This document shows positions 47,581-55,091 of a stretch of 64,000 nt of DNA, in pieces. Origin of the DNA: a virus; the IMG/VR virus record IMGVR_UViG_3300025660_000003, positions 64,001 to 128,000 of that record. One strand, 5' to 3'. The translations under genes and the position numbers were made by a program. Within the stretch, counting starts at the first letter, position 1. Every line of letters starts with the position of its first letter. The notes beneath the pieces were generated by a model that had not been told where the DNA came from, searched no databases, and saw only the letters and a program-made list of their open reading frames with translations.

Positions 47581-49337
47581 CCATACCTGGACTGGAGTTC
47601 ATGGGGAAGGACTGGGACGCCCCCTGGAAGCTCGGGGCCGGGATGATGAAGCCTGGCATCGGCGACCGGGACATCCCCTGGCCTGCCTACGGAGCCCAGA
47701 AGTTCGGGGGCTCGAACCCCACCTGTCAGACCTGCGGCGGTCGGGCGAGGGGCAGCAACAGGTGTTCCTGCGAGGAGCCTGACTGGCACGTCAGCGGGAA
47801 GCCCCTGTCTGACGACGTGAACGACTCTGCCAGCCCGGTAGTTCAGCGACAGCGGTTCCAGGCCTGGTGCGTCCTCTGGCTGGTGGAGGTCTACCGGGTG
47901 CTCAAGCCTGGTGGGGTCATCAAGGTCTTCGGAGCGACCCGGATGTTCCACCGGATGGCGGCGGCGATGGAGGAGGCGGGGTTCTTCCTCCCGCCTGAGC
48001 ACAGCCTGGAAGCCTGGATGTATGGGTGCCTGTCTGAGGACACTGAGGTATTGACCGAGGACGGGTGGGCTCCCTACCATAGAGCCACGGTTGGAACGCT
48101 GGTGATGGGGTTCGACCCTGTGACGGAGCGGTTCATCCAGCAGCCTGTGGAGGAGACCTTTGAGTACCCCTACGACCGAGAGGCTTTCCGAATCCACGGA
48201 GACGGAACTGACCAGATCGTTTCCGTCAAGCACCGCTGTCTCGTCGGGCGAGACGGTAAGTGGGAGGTCGTCGTCTCGGGCGACCTGGCGGAAACTGAGA
48301 CAATGCCCTGCCTGCAAAGCGGAGTTCATTCCGAAGGCGTCGGGTCAGAAGGCATGTGGGCGCTCCTGCTCGAACCGGCTGCGGGTCTACAAGAAGAAGC
48401 CCTTGTCCGAGCGGAAGGGCCGGATGGTGGCCTGCTCGGTCTGCGGGACCGAGAAGTGGTACGCGGAGGCGTGGCTGCGGAAGGGCATCAAGCAGCCGAC
48501 GTGTTCCAGGAGGTGCAACGGAGTGCATCGGGGGCAGGACTGGGCGAAGCACGGGCACAAGGGAGCGGAAGCCAGAACACCAGAGAGCTACCAGCGTGCC
48601 GCCCAGAAGATGACCGGCTCGAAGAACCCGGCATGGAAGGGCGGGGTGACGTACGTGTCCCACAGAGGGAACTACAAGCGGACCAAATGCGTCCGTTGTC
48701 CGCCGGAGTATCGGTCGATGGCTCGGTCGAACGGGTACGTCGCAGAGCACAGGCTCCTGGTGGCGAGGGAACTGGGCCGAATGTTGACGAGGACCGAAGT
48801 GGTTCATCATGTGAACCACGACTCTCAGGACAATCGGCTGGTGAACCTGATGCTGTTCGCCTCGAATCGGGATCACAAGCTGTTCGAGCACCACGGAGCA
48901 CCAGCCCCGATCTGGTGCGGGTCAGCGCACGAGTCGAGCGTATCCACTACACCGGCACCGTCTGGTGCGTGAGGGTGCCTACCGGGGCTTTCGTGGTCCG
49001 CCGCAAGGGCATGGCATTCGTCACTGGCAACAGCGGCTTTCCGAAGTACCTCAACACCAGCAAGGCCATCGACAAGGCGGCTCGTGGGGTGCCACAAGGA
49101 GGACCCGACGAGACCAGCCCGAACCACGGCAAGTACAAGACACAGGCCACTGAGGGTTCCCGTGGGTCGGCTGATGTGGGTCAGGGGTACGGTGCCGGTC
49201 CAGGGGCCTTCATGCGTGAGGCCGGGACTCTGGTGGACCTCCCGTTGACGACGCCCGATGCAGAAAAGTTCGACGGATGGGCCACGGCTCTGAAACCAGG
49301 GTGGGAGCCATTTCTGGTAGGAGTGAAAGCAGAATGA
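47577..49337 (+). CDS. DNA methyltransferase second fragment, intein-containing
   Basis: GLEFMGKDWD...EVYRVLKPGG...FGATRMFHR...WMYG|intein|SGFPK...SKAIDK...GWATALKPGWEP. Confidence 0.8.
   Translation: MTIPGLEFMGKDWDAPWKLGAGMMKPGIGDRDIPWPAYGAQKFGGSNPTCQTCGGRARGSNRCSCEEPDWHVSGKPLSDDVNDSASPVVQRQRFQAWCVLWLVEVYRVLKPGGVIKVFGATRMFHRMAAAMEEAGFFLPPEHSLEAWMYGCLSEDTEVLTEDGWAPYHRATVGTLVMGFDPVTERFIQQPVEETFEYPYDREAFRIHGDGTDQIVSVKHRCLVGRDGKWEVVVSGDLAETETMPCLQSGVHSEGVGSEGMWALLLEPAAGLQEEALVRAEGPDGGLLGLRDREVVRGGVAAEGHQAADVFQEVQRSASGAGLGEARAQGSGSQNTRELPACRPEDDRLEEPGMEGRGDVRVPQRELQADQMRPLSAGVSVDGSVERVRRRAQAPGGEGTGPNVDEDRSGSSCEPRLSGQSAGEPDAVRLESGSQAVRAPRSTSPDLVRVSARVERIHYTGTVWCVRVPTGAFVVRRKGMAFVTGNSGFPKYLNTSKAIDKAARGVPQGGPDETSPNHGKYKTQATEGSRGSADVGQGYGAGPGAFMREAGTLVDLPLTTPDAEKFDGWATALKPGWEPFLVGVKAE
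48027..49031 (+). mobile_element. Intein (335 aa) in the methyltransferase
   Basis: Starts CLSEDTEVLTEDGW, block B VSVKHRCLV, ends YTGTVWCVRVPTGAFVVRRKGMAFVTGN followed by Ser; removal restores WMYG-SGFPK. Confidence 0.9.
48160..48972 (+). CDS. HNH homing endonuclease encoded in the +1 frame inside the intein
   Basis: Two Zn fingers, GSKNPAWKGG, GYVAEHRLLVARELGRML...EVVHHVNHDSQDNRLVNL; GGAGGAG 4 nt before TTG 48160. Confidence 0.85.
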   Translation: MSTPTTERLSESTETELTRSFPSSTAVSSGETVSGRSSSRATWRKLRQCPACKAEFIPKASGQKACGRSCSNRLRVYKKKPLSERKGRMVACSVCGTEKWYAEAWLRKGIKQPTCSRRCNGVHRGQDWAKHGHKGAEARTPESYQRAAQKMTGSKNPAWKGGVTYVSHRGNYKRTKCVRCPPEYRSMARSNGYVAEHRLLVARELGRMLTRTEVVHHVNHDSQDNRLVNLMLFASNRDHKLFEHHGAPAPIWCGSAHESSVSTTPAPSGA

Positions 49338-49687
49338 GCGACGAGAACAAGCCGAACGACATGGACCACCTCTGCCCTGGCATCGAGAAGACGGTCCACT
49401 GGCTCCAGAGCCACGGGTTCAAGACCACCGACTCCGGTGATGGGGTGAGCAACGAGGGGATGGAGTGCGCCATCGACTTCCCGAACGTCTTCATGGTCAC
49501 GGAGCCCCAGCACCTCATCCCCGAGTGCAAGAGGCTGATGAAGGTGCTCGCCGAGAAGGGCATCCAGTGTGGGGGCATGACGATGGACGGGGCACCGAAG
49601 CCGCACATCGAGGGCTCCTACGACCCCTCGGACGGCAACGCCATCATCAGCCTGTTCTATGTGGACGACAAGAAGCTGTTCGGGTAG
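49334..49687 (+). CDS. Hypothetical protein, 117 aa
   Basis: ATGA coupling; codon bias. Confidence 0.65.
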   Translation: MSDENKPNDMDHLCPGIEKTVHWLQSHGFKTTDSGDGVSNEGMECAIDFPNVFMVTEPQHLIPECKRLMKVLAEKGIQCGGMTMDGAPKPHIEGSYDPSDGNAIISLFYVDDKKLFG

Positions 49688-49719
49688 GCACAATCCCCGT
49701 CCACAGCACTGAGGAGCCC

Positions 49720-50070
49720 ATGCGTCTACGTCCTGATGAACAGCCTGTGTGGAACGATGACGGCACCTGGTCGTGTCGCCGTCACATCCCGCAGCATCGC
49801 TACCACGCGACCGCACCCCGCTGCCTGATGGGCTGTCCCATCGAGCGACCGGAGCGGCCTGGGGCGAAGCTCACGGTGGTCCCGGAGCCGGTGGAACTAC
49901 CCTGGCAGGACTTCGACCAGCTCGACGCAGATGCCCTGGCGACCTACGACATCCATCGGCTGCGGAAGTACGCGGCGAACGTGCTGCTCATCCGGGGTGC
50001 ATCGAAGATCAGGGGCGGCAAGCCCGTCCTGATCGCTCGCATTCTGAAGCACCGCAGGGCTGTGGCCTAG
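49720..50070 (+). CDS. Hypothetical protein with C-terminal HeH/Rho-N-like helical motif, 116 aa
   Basis: GAGGAG RBS; LATYDIHRLRKYA...IRGASKIRGGKPVLIARIL. Confidence 0.55.
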   Translation: MRLRPDEQPVWNDDGTWSCRRHIPQHRYHATAPRCLMGCPIERPERPGAKLTVVPEPVELPWQDFDQLDADALATYDIHRLRKYAANVLLIRGASKIRGGKPVLIARILKHRRAVA

Positions 50071-50957
50071 AGCCAGTCGAGCGTCACACCATGCAGGCGG
50101 ATTCCGTCGCCTCTGCACCACAGGATCTTCTCTTTCCGCCAGCCGTCCGGCATGACGACCTCTCCGTGGAGCCGGGTCAGAGCCTTGGAGCCGGTCGAGA
50201 GGATGCCGAAGTGGTCCCACCCGTGCTTGATCTGCTCGGCCCACATCCGGTCGAAGCGGGCTTGCGGGGTGCTCGGCCCGTTGTGGCGGACGCCCATCCA
50301 GACCGTCTTGATCTTGCCGTCCACCCTGGCCCGCCCGAGGTAGATCCTCTGCTCGTTCGATCCGAAGACCTTGAACTGGTAGACCCCACCGACCACCAGA
50401 TCCTTGACGCGGATGGTGACCACCTTGGGCTTCGCGGCCCTCTCCTTGGCCTTCACCTTGGTCACTTCGTCCGCCGGGGTGTAGAGCGCATGGGCCTTCG
50501 ACCCGACCTGCTCCAGCCGGAGCTGTGAGCCGTTCTGGCACCACTGGAATGAGGCCGGGATGATGCCGCTCTTCGGGAGCCCCTTCGCCAGCAGGATGGG
50601 CAGGAACACGTCTTCCCGCAGGTCCACAAGGTAGCCCTCGGGGCTGACGACCTTCCAGGCCCGACCACCCTCGCCCCGCTGCTCGGCGTCCACGATGCGG
50701 TAGCCCTTCTTGGGGGTGTTCTCGACCTCGACGCCCTGCACCTGGGCCAGCTTCCGCTGGTTGCCACTGGGATACCAGTGGATGCCGGAGGACCAGCTCC
50801 TCGCCTTCAGCAACGTCTTGCTCTTCGGGTTCCCGGCCACGCGGTCAGACAGGGGAAGGCGGGGGTGAACGTGCCATAGGCCGGGGTGGTCTGAGTTCGC
50901 CCACAGAAGACGACGACCTTGTTCGGGATGTAGCCCTTCATCCGGCCTCCTCGTCAT
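50067..50957 (-). CDS. Hypothetical protein, 296 aa
   Basis: Long ORF with codon bias at the end of a minus-strand operon. Confidence 0.65.
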   Translation of the reverse strand: MTRRPDEGLHPEQGRRLLWANSDHPGLWHVHPRLPLSDRVAGNPKSKTLLKARSWSSGIHWYPSGNQRKLAQVQGVEVENTPKKGYRIVDAEQRGEGGRAWKVVSPEGYLVDLREDVFLPILLAKGLPKSGIIPASFQWCQNGSQLRLEQVGSKAHALYTPADEVTKVKAKERAAKPKVVTIRVKDLVVGGVYQFKVFGSNEQRIYLGRARVDGKIKTVWMGVRHNGPSTPQARFDRMWAEQIKHGWDHFGILSTGSKALTRLHGEVVMPDGWRKEKILWCRGDGIRLHGVTLDWL

Positions 50958-51711
50958 CCGGCTGGACGATGACCTTGCCGATGGGTGCCGGGGCCTCGTA
51001 GCCCTCCGGCTTTTTCAGGTACGCGGCCACCAGGAAATCAGGGACCAGGAGGCAGTGCTCGATCAGGTTGAGGTTGCGACGGATGTACCCCTGCCGCTGC
51101 TCATCCGTGAGCCACGGGCAGCGTCGTGCGAGCCGGTGGCAGTCGCGGAGGAGCCGGTCGATGGCGGCGTGACGGTCGCGGCTCTCGTGGGGGCTGGAGT
51201 GCCACATCTGCTCGGTGGCCTCCTTCAAGGCGACCTTGTCGAAGCCCTTGGAGCCGTTGCACGCGATGAGGCGGCACCACATCTCGCCGTAGTCGTGGGT
51301 CGAGTCGTCGATGATGATGAACGGGGTGCCGATCAGGTCGTTCTCGATGAGGTACTCACGGATGGGGTGGCCCCCGCCGCGAGTGCTGCTGGTCTGGCCC
51401 ACCAGACACTCCGGGTTTTTGAAGCCCGCCGCCGTGAACATCACCTTCATCTCGTCCAGCGTGTTCGTGTTCCATGCCGTGTTGAATACGATCCGGGTGT
51501 CGAAGCGATGCCGCTGGATGAGGCGTCCGATGTGCCCCACGAGATCCGGGTTCAGCTTCCCGTGGTGCGGGCCACCGTGCTTGTTGCACACCCCGTCGAT
51601 GTCGAGGAACACCAGCACCTTCGTCGCCCCGTAGCGGTGGTGGTGCGGCGGCTGCCAGGTGGTGAACCCTTGGGCGGGGGTGCCGGGTGGGGGGGTGATG
51701 ATGGGGCTCAC
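50938..51711 (-). CDS. HAD-superfamily phosphatase (HAD_SAK_2-like)
   Basis: VFLDIDGVCN, IVFNTAW, FIIIDDS motifs. Confidence 0.75.
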   Translation of the reverse strand: MSPIITPPPGTPAQGFTTWQPPHHHRYGATKVLVFLDIDGVCNKHGGPHHGKLNPDLVGHIGRLIQRHRFDTRIVFNTAWNTNTLDEMKVMFTAAGFKNPECLVGQTSSTRGGGHPIREYLIENDLIGTPFIIIDDSTHDYGEMWCRLIACNGSKGFDKVALKEATEQMWHSSPHESRDRHAAIDRLLRDCHRLARRCPWLTDEQRQGYIRRNLNLIEHCLLVPDFLVAAYLKKPEGYEAPAPIGKVIVQPDDEEAG

Positions 51712-52223
51712 AGAGCGTCCTCTGGACCGAGGCAGAGGGAGCCTCGGAGATCGAAGTTGGCGTAGAACTCAGCATCCGGCGAGCAGGAGACGTAGCCGGG
51801 CTTGAGTCCGGTGCTCTGCAAGCCATACGCCCCCAGGGTGCCCAGCAAGGCCCCCTCGTTGCGCTTCAGCCAGGCGATGACCAGCGGGACCGTGAAGTCC
51901 TTGTGGGTCAGGACGCGGAGGGCCGCGAACAGGCGGTCGAGCTTGATGGTCTTGAAGGGCGGGTCGAAGACGATGAGCTTCGGCTTGTAGGACAGCGGCT
52001 CCGGGTGGTGGATGTCCCACACCTTGAACCACGGGGCTCCCTCGAACCGGGTGTCGATGTCGAGCACGGTCGGGGGGCGGACCTTCCGCTCCTCGGCCAT
52101 GTACTCGCCGAGGCGGGGGCAGCAGAGGGCGACGGCATGGTCGTACTGCCAGACGAGCTGCCCGAGGCGGGCCAGGGTCGGCTCATCGAACCAGTATTGC
52201 TCTCGCTGGTGGTTCTCTTCCAT
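51708..52223 (-). CDS. N6-adenine methyltransferase-like protein (ZCCHC4 / EEF1AKMT1-N6AMT2 family-like)
   Basis: EQYWF..TL, ALCCPRL, LDIDTRF, IVFDPPF motifs. Confidence 0.6.
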   Translation of the reverse strand: MEENHQREQYWFDEPTLARLGQLVWQYDHAVALCCPRLGEYMAEERKVRPPTVLDIDTRFEGAPWFKVWDIHHPEPLSYKPKLIVFDPPFKTIKLDRLFAALRVLTHKDFTVPLVIAWLKRNEGALLGTLGAYGLQSTGLKPGYVSCSPDAEFYANFDLRGSLCLGPEDAL

Positions 52224-52705
52224 CAGGCCACCAGCCGGAGAGGCTTCAGACAGTGCTGGAAGTAGTCGCGGTACTTCTCACGGCGGGCCTTGGCGGCGGT
52301 AGTCGTTACGTCGTGGACGACGTACCAGGCCCTGTAGGTCATCTCACAGAGGGTGGCTCCGAACACCGCCTCCGTGGTCCAGACAGGGTTTTTGTCGTGG
52401 AACCCACTGGTGAGCCCGGGAACCCGCCTTCGGATTTGGACGACTTCACCGGAGCCGGTCTCCAGGGTGACAGCTTGACCCTCCAGGGAGACCCAGGCGT
52501 CCGGGCCGACCTTGCTCCAAACCGCCATCGTGGAGCCTCTGGAGGAACTCCAGCCGTCGAAGACCTGGAGCGAACTGCCTACGGGCAGCGCACGGAGACG
52601 GTCGGGCATGGTGTCGGCCAGGTGGATGCGGTCTTCCGTGCAGGAGGGGCAGCCCTCGCTCGGGTCGTCAGTCTCGTGGTCGCAGTTGCGGCAGATCCAG
52701 CCCAT
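52223..52705 (-). CDS. Hypothetical protein with N-terminal Zn ribbon, 160 aa
   Basis: MGWICRNCDHE...GCPSC. Confidence 0.6.
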   Translation of the reverse strand: MGWICRNCDHETDDPSEGCPSCTEDRIHLADTMPDRLRALPVGSSLQVFDGWSSSRGSTMAVWSKVGPDAWVSLEGQAVTLETGSGEVVQIRRRVPGLTSGFHDKNPVWTTEAVFGATLCEMTYRAWYVVHDVTTTAAKARREKYRDYFQHCLKPLRLVA

Positions 52706-52707
52706 GA

Positions 52708-53136
52708 CTATCCCAGGACGATCAGTGGTTCGTGCGTGGGCATCGTGTCGCCGTTCGACATCACCTCGATGATGGAGTCGTGGACTCCCTCGCCGGGCTC
52801 GCACTTGAAGTTCGGGCTGGTCGATCTCATCAGCCGCATGGCCAGGTCTTCGTCGGTGGCCCAGACGATGCCCAGACTGGGCGTGCCGAAGATGGTCCCG
52901 TGCAAGGCGTAGAGCGTCATCGGCAGGGCGACTTGCTCGGCGTTGCGGACCCAGCGGTCCCACGTCAGGGGGGAGCAGTTGCCGAAGTCGGGGCCTCGCA
53001 GCTTGTCCATCCGCTGCCACCGGACGGAGAGGATGGTGAACTTGCCGTCGATGTCCATGAAGTCGATGGACTTCACCCGGCGGATGCTGCCGTCTAGGCG
53101 CTTCCACACCTGTCCTGTTCGGGGGTCAGGCCTCAT
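52708..53136 (-). CDS. Hypothetical protein, 142 aa (paralog of adjacent gene)
   Basis: MRPDPRTGQVWK...WQRMD...TWDRW. Confidence 0.65.
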   Translation of the reverse strand: MRPDPRTGQVWKRLDGSIRRVKSIDFMDIDGKFTILSVRWQRMDKLRGPDFGNCSPLTWDRWVRNAEQVALPMTLYALHGTIFGTPSLGIVWATDEDLAMRLMRSTSPNFKCEPGEGVHDSIIEVMSNGDTMPTHEPLIVLG

Positions 53137-53350
53137 CGGGGGCCTCCGGGGGGACGATTTCGGCGTTGCGAGCCCAGCGATCCCACGTCTTGATGGAGCA
53201 CTCGCCGAAGCCAGGGCCGGGGAGGATGTCCATGCGCTGCCAGTGGAGGTCGGGCCATGATGGGCTGCGAGTCTCTGACATCCGCAGCACCTTGCGGATG
53301 GTGCCGTCCTTGTGCTTCCACACCTGTCCGACTGTGGGGTCTGGTCTCAT
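53126..53350 (-). CDS. Hypothetical protein, 74 aa (paralog of adjacent gene)
   Basis: MRPDPTVGQVWK...WQRMD...TWDRW. Confidence 0.65.
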   Translation of the reverse strand: MRPDPTVGQVWKHKDGTIRKVLRMSETRSPSWPDLHWQRMDILPGPGFGECSIKTWDRWARNAEIVPPEAPDEA

Positions 53351-53351
53351 G

Positions 53352-53660
53352 TCAGCCCCCCAGGAAACCGAGGATGGTGATGGCGGCAACCGTGCAGACG
53401 ACGGCTACGCCTGCGACGGCGAAGATGATGTCGGCCATGCCGCTCATGCCGCCCGTGCCGCTGCCGCCGCCTGTCGGCTGGCAGATGAACCACACGACGA
53501 CGGCGATCACGATGGTGATGACCACTCCGAGAGCCGGGAAGGCGAAGGCTGCACAGAGGCTTCCCAGAATCGCGGCGACAACAGCGATCCTTGGGAACCA
53601 CTTGCGAAGCCTTCGGAGCCCACGCTGCTCGACCGTATCGAACTCGGTGTTTCTCGCCAT
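53352..53660 (-). CDS. Small membrane protein, 102 aa
   Basis: Three hydrophobic segments; TGATG coupling. Confidence 0.65.
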   Translation of the reverse strand: MARNTEFDTVEQRGLRRLRKWFPRIAVVAAILGSLCAAFAFPALGVVITIVIAVVVWFICQPTGGGSGTGGMSGMADIIFAVAGVAVVCTVAAITILGFLGG

Positions 53661-54079
53661 CAGTGGCCCGCCAGGGCAGCGGCTTCGGCGGCTTCGCCGA
53701 TGGCCTGTGCGTGGCCCGAAAGCTGGTCGGAGAGCCAGAGCATCGTGAGGTGGTTGAACACCTCGGCGATGGTGTCGTGGGTGACTCCCAGCACGTCGGG
53801 GGAGGCAAGGTGGTCGTTGCTGGTGCGGTTGTCGGTCGTGATGTGGAGCATCCACTCGACCACTTCGACGGGTCCGACGATGCTCGGACGGGAGCCGAGG
53901 ATGGGGATGGCCTCGAATGAGCCACCGTCGATGACGAGGTACTCATTGCCGAACATCTCGAAGTCGCCGTCGAAGTCCTGCTCCCGGACCTCGATGGTCG
54001 GGGGCGTGACGAGCACCAGGGCGAGAAGCGCCGTGTACTCGGCTGCGGTCTTCGACAGGGGGTCCATGCGAGGGCTCAT
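53660..54079 (-). CDS. Hypothetical protein, 139 aa
   Basis: GGAG RBS, downstream of promoter P5. Confidence 0.65.
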   Translation of the reverse strand: MSPRMDPLSKTAAEYTALLALVLVTPPTIEVREQDFDGDFEMFGNEYLVIDGGSFEAIPILGSRPSIVGPVEVVEWMLHITTDNRTSNDHLASPDVLGVTHDTIAEVFNHLTMLWLSDQLSGHAQAIGEAAEAAALAGH

Positions 54080-54420
54080 CGGTGCTCCATTCGTCCGTGC
54101 GTACTACTGGTGGGTGGCGTCGTCTGAGCCCTGTACGCCCGGATCATGGCGGCCATGTGGTCTCTGGTGACGGTGTAGGCAGCCACGCTCCTGCTGCCCA
54201 TGACGTTCCCGTAGGCACGGCTGACGATGTTGATCGTCTTGGTCGTCGGCTCGATGCGATTCCAGCCATTGTCCGTGTCGAACACCTTGTCGGCGGTCCT
54301 GCGGACCTTGGCGGGGGACCAGCTCAGGGCGGCTGAGATCTCCTTGATGGACATCGCTTCACCCTTGGCGATGAAGTGCTCGACAATCGCTTCCACGGCT
54401 CTGTCTGAATCGCTAGGCAT
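54076..54420 (-). CDS. Putative winged-HTH DNA-binding protein, 114 aa
   Basis: AIVEHFIAKGEAMSIKEISAALSWSPAKVRR; GAGGAG RBS. Confidence 0.55.
   Translation of the reverse strand: MPSDSDRAVEAIVEHFIAKGEAMSIKEISAALSWSPAKVRRTADKVFDTDNGWNRIEPTTKTINIVSRAYGNVMGSRSVAAYTVTRDHMAAMIRAYRAQTTPPTSSTHGRMEHR
54102..54131 (-). promoter_or_regulatory. Putative early promoter P5
   Basis: GGGCTCAGA-N14-AGTAGTA, inside the 3' end of the wHTH gene. Confidence 0.7.
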
Positions 54421-54442
54421 GGCCCTGTCTCCTCGTTCACCC

Positions 54443-54473
54443 CTACTACTGATGAGCACGACGTTCTGAGCCC
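54443..54473 (-). promoter_or_regulatory. Putative early promoter P6
   Basis: GGGCTCAGA-N14-AGTAGTAG. Confidence 0.75.
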
Positions 54474-54482
54474 CAAAGATCG

Positions 54483-54513
54483 GGGCTCAGAACCGGGCAG
54501 GCGTCCGTAGTAG
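54483..54513 (+). promoter_or_regulatory. Putative early promoter P7
   Basis: GGGCTCAGA-N14-CGTAGTAG, divergent from P6. Confidence 0.75.
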
Positions 54514-54545
54514 GGGTGCAAGAGAACAAAGCGACGGAGACGACG

Positions 54546-54860
54546 ATGGGCTACCCCGACACGCAGCAGGTACAGGCGACAGCAACGGACGGCACGGTGG
54601 TGAACCTCACGGTCCCCAAGTACGTCCCGGTGAGCGACGAGCGAGTCGAGCTGTTCCGCGAGCTGTACCGCAAGCACGTCAAGACGGTGAAGCCGGACGA
54701 GTCCTGGAAGGGTGCCTGCTACGCCATCGTCCCTGCGGCTCTGGTCGCTGACATGACGGCATCCATGGACTTCATGGGCAGCATCGTGGACGAAGAGGAG
54801 CCCGTCGAAGGCGGCATGGTGCGGCTGGAGAGCGACGGCTACTGGGCGCACGGCTTCTAG
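54546..54860 (+). CDS. Hypothetical protein, 104 aa
   Basis: GGAG RBS, downstream of P7. Confidence 0.65.
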   Translation: MGYPDTQQVQATATDGTVVNLTVPKYVPVSDERVELFRELYRKHVKTVKPDESWKGACYAIVPAALVADMTASMDFMGSIVDEEEPVEGGMVRLESDGYWAHGF

Positions 54861-54888
54861 GGCTCAGGACGACAGACGGCCCCGTAGT
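54860..54888 (+). promoter_or_regulatory. Putative early promoter P8
   Basis: GGGCTCAGG-N14-CGTAGT. Confidence 0.65.
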
Positions 54889-54908
54889 GGCCCCGGACGG
54901 AGACGACG

Positions 54909-55091
54909 ATGAGCACGAAGACTATCCACATCTCCTTCGAGGTCCCCGAGACGCTGGACACTCCCAGCGAGGTGCTGGCCTCTGCAAAGGAACTCCTGAT
55001 CGAAGCCCTCCGACAGCACGCAGAGAACGAGAACTACGACTTCACCGATGAGCAGCGGGCGATCATGGCCGCGCTGCTGACGGAGAGCTAG
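54909..55091 (+). CDS. Hypothetical protein, 60 aa
   Basis: GGAG RBS, downstream of P8. Confidence 0.6.
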   Translation: MSTKTIHISFEVPETLDTPSEVLASAKELLIEALRQHAENENYDFTDEQRAIMAALLTES

